In this document: positions 61,681-64,000 of the stretch, piece after piece | How the letters are laid out: every line of letters starts with the position of its first letter | How positions within the stretch are numbered: position 1 is the first letter of the stretch | NCBI GenBank assembly: GCA_964016885.1 | Contig: OZ024743.1 | Location: 130,510,001-130,574,000 of the forward strand | Source: Eledone cirrhosa | Lineage: Eukaryota | Direction: 5' to 3' | Length of the DNA: 64,000 nt | Made by a program: the position numbers and the translations under genes | Notes under the pieces: model-generated | What the model saw: the letters and a program-made list of their open reading frames with translations, nothing else | Told to the model about the DNA's origin: nothing | Databases searched by the model: none

Positions 61681-64000
61681 GGTGTTTGCTGTTTGGTGCT
61701 TGGGGCTTGGGGCTTGGTGTTTGGTGCTTGCTGCCTGGTGTTTGGTGCTTGGTGCTTGGTGCTTGGTGTTTGGTGTTTCGTGTTTGGTGCTTGGTGTTTG
61801 GTGCTTGGTGCTTGGTGCTGGGTGGTTGATGTTTGGTGCTTGGTGCTTGGTGTTTGGTGCTTGGTGCTTGGTGCTTATTGTTTGGTGTTTGGTGCTTGGT
61901 GCTTGGTGTTTGGTGCTTGGTGCTTGGTGCTTGGTGTTTGGTGCTTGGTGCTTGGTGTTTGGTGCTTGGTGCTTGGTGTTTGGTGCTTGGTGTTTGGTGC
62001 TTGGTGCTTGGTGCTTGGTGCTTGGTGTTAGGTGTTTGGTGCTTGGTGCTTGGTGTTTGATGTTTGGTCCTTGGTGCTTGGTGCTTGGTGTTTGGTGCTT
62101 GGTGTTTGGTGCTTGGTGCTTGGTGTTTGGTACTTGGTGCTTGGTGCTTGGTGTTAAGTGTTTGGTGCTTGGTGCTTGGTGTTTGGTGCTTCGTGCTTGG
62201 TGCTTGGTGTTTGGTGCATGGTGCTTGGTCTTTGGGGCTTGGTGCCTGGTGCTTTGTGTTTGGTGCTAGGTGCTTGGTGCTTGGTCTTTGGTGTTTGGTG
62301 CTTGGTGCTTGGTGCTTGGTGCTTGGTGTTTGGCGTTTGCTCTTTGCTGTTTGGTGTTTGGTGTTTGGTGTTTGGTGCTTGCTGCTTGGTGTTTGGTGTT
62401 TGGTGCTTGCTGCTTGGTGCTTGGTGCTTGGTGTTTGGTGTTTGGTGTTTGGTGCTTGGTGTTTGGTGCTTGGTGCTTGGTGCTGGGTGTTTGGTGCTTG
62501 GTGCTTGGTGCTTGGTGCTTGATGCTTGGTGCTTGGTGTTTGGTCATTGGTGCTTGGTGCTTGGTCTTTGGTGCTTGGGGTTTGGTGTTTGGTGCTTGGT
62601 GCTTAGTGTTTGGTGCTTGGTGCTTGGTGTTTGGTGTTTGGTGCTTTCTGCTTGGTGCATGGTGTTTGGTGCTTGGTGCTTGGTGATTAGTGTTTGGTGC
62701 ATGGTGCTTGGTGTTTGTTGTTTGGTGCTTGGTGCTTGGTTCTTGGTGTTTGGTGCTTCGTGCTTGGTGCTTGGTGTTTGGTGCTTGGTGCTTGGTGTTT
62801 GGTGCTTGGTTCTTGGTGTTTGGTGCTTCGTGCTTGGTGCTTGGTGTTTGGTGCTTGGTGCTTGGTGTTTGGTGCTTGGTGTTTGGTGTTTGGTGCTTGG
62901 TGTTTGGTACTTGGTGCTTGGTGCTTGGTGTTAAGTGTTTGGTGCTTGGTGTTTGGTGTTTGGTGCTTGGTGTTTGGTGCTTCGTGCTTGGTGCTTGGTG
63001 TTTGGTGCATGGTGCTTGGTGTTTGAGGCTTGGTGCCTGGTGCTTTGTGTTTGGTGCTAGGTGCTTGGTGCTTGGTCTTTGGTGTTTGGTGCTTGGTGCT
63101 TGGTGCTTGGTGTTTGGTGCTTGGTGCTTGGTGCTTGGTTATTAGTGTTTGGTGCTTGGTGCTTGGGGTTTGGTGTTTGGGGCTTGGTGCTTGGTGTTTG
63201 GTGTTTGCTGTATGGTGTTTGCTGTTTCGTGTTTGGTGTTTGCTGTTTGGTGTTTAATGCTTGGTGCTTGGTTCTTGGTGTTTGGTGCTCGGTGCTTGGT
63301 GCTTGGTGCTTGGCGTTTGCTCTTTGCTGTTTGGTGTTTGGTGCTTGCTGTTTGGTGTTTGGTGTTTGGTGTTTGGTGTTTGGTGCTTGCTGTTTGGTGC
63401 TTGGTGCTTGGTGTTTGGTCTTTGGTGTTTGGTTCTTGGTGCTTGGTGTTTGGTGCTTGGTGCTTGGTGCTGGGTGTTTGGTGCTTGGTGCTTGGTGTTT
63501 GGTGCTTGGTGCTTGGTGTTTGGTACTTGGTGCTTGGTGTTTGGTGTTTGGTGCTTGCTGTTTGGTGTTTGGTGCTTGCTGTTTGGTGTTTGGTGTTTGG
63601 TGTTTGGTGTTTGGTGCTTGCTGTTTGGTGCTTGGTGTTTGGTGCTTGGTGTATGTACTTGGTGCTTGGTGCTTGGTGTTTGGTGCTTGGTTCTTGGTGT
63701 TTGGTGCTTGGTGCTTGGTGCTTGGTGCTTGGTGTTTGGTGCTTGGTGCTTGGTGTTTGGTACTTGGTGCTTGGTGTTTGGTGTTTGGTGCTTCGTGCTT
63801 GGTGCTTGGTGTTTGGGGCTTGGTGCCTGGTGCTTGGTGTTTGGTGCTTGGTGCTTGGTGCTTGGTGTTTGGTGTTTGGTGCTTGGTGCTTGGTGTTTGG
63901 TGCTTGGTGTTTGGTGCTTGGTGTATGTACTTGGTGCTTGGTGCTTGGTGTTTGGTGCTTGGTTCTTGGTGTTTGGTGCTTGGTGCTTGGTGTTTGGTGC

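Larger units (their letters stand above)
35800..62070 (+). repeat. Subfamily II domain of the satellite, mixed with parts of the subfamily I module
   Basis: Markers seen only here: GGCCTTT, TATTGTTT, GACGCTTGGCG, GGATTTT, GCTGCGTG, CTTCGGTC, and GCGTGGGACTTAG (38922, 43539, 46765, 49558, 52735, 55528, 59159, 60460). Confidence 0.85.
1..64000 (+). repeat. Satellite DNA array of 7-bp monomer GGTG(C/T)TT, about 9,100 head-to-tail copies, running off both window ends
   Basis: Every line parses as GGTGCTT/GGTGTTT with scattered substitutions. I saw no unique-sequence interruption and no inversion. The copy number is 64000/7. Confidence 0.99.

Noticed and set aside
2416-63010. Minus-strand TKHQAPS repeat ORFs resembling mucin or heptad-repeat proteins
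   Set aside because: They are the reverse complement of the same satellite. ATGs arise only from GCAT variant monomers, and the repeat is not the RNA polymerase II CTD heptad YSPTSPS.
2-63257. Hundreds of + strand ORFs encoding LVLGAWC-type 'membrane proteins'
   Set aside because: They overlap in all three frames with the same peptide, have no unique domains or start context, and end at sporadic A-containing variants. They are an artefact of a stop-free 7-mer.
1-64000. CRISPR or other repeat-spacer array
   Set aside because: There are no unique spacers, no leader and no cas genes. The variable parts are point variants of the same monomer.
1-64000. Resemblance of GCTTGGTG to the E. coli Chi site GCTGGTGG
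   Set aside because: I saw no exact Chi. The nearest matches are rare variants such as GCTGGTGT near 57053, and the similarity is expected from base composition.
1-64000. Low-complexity sequencing artefact or synthetic sequence
   Set aside because: Rare variants recur in hierarchical, phase-consistent patterns with SNP differences between copies, as expected for an evolved satellite. Only the 4455-bp copy remains suspect.
1-64000. Embedded transposon, tRNA/rRNA, inverted repeats, promoters or terminators
   Set aside because: I saw no non-repeat insertion or orientation switch, and the G/T-dominated strand cannot form meaningful Watson-Crick hairpins.

Overview
The whole 64 kb window is one uninterrupted, single-orientation satellite DNA array built from a 7-bp monomer, GGTG(C/T)TT (minus strand AA(G/A)CACC). 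I find no credible protein-coding gene, RNA gene, transposon or CRISPR array. All ORF-track entries are translations of the repeat: three monomers make 21 bp, giving LVLGAWC/LVFGVWC on the + strand and TKHQAPS/TKHQTPN on the - strand. The informative structure lies above the monomer. (i) A binary C/T position and rare variant monomers form a barcode that recurs in a fixed order. (ii) The array has nested higher-order repeats, from about 70-450 bp up to near-identical tandem duplications with offsets of 1028, 1301/1308, 2650, 3226, 3958/4287, 4455 and 5970 bp. (iii) There are two variant-defined subfamilies, with a switch near 35.8 kb and a return near 62 kb. (iv) The 7-bp phase is broken only by a few 6-bp monomers, which account arithmetically for the duplication offsets I tested. 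The most likely context is a eukaryotic centromeric, pericentromeric or subtelomeric satellite, but this is an inference and the organism cannot be identified from the window. Offsets were read by eye from marker positions and the ORF track, so boundaries are approximate.
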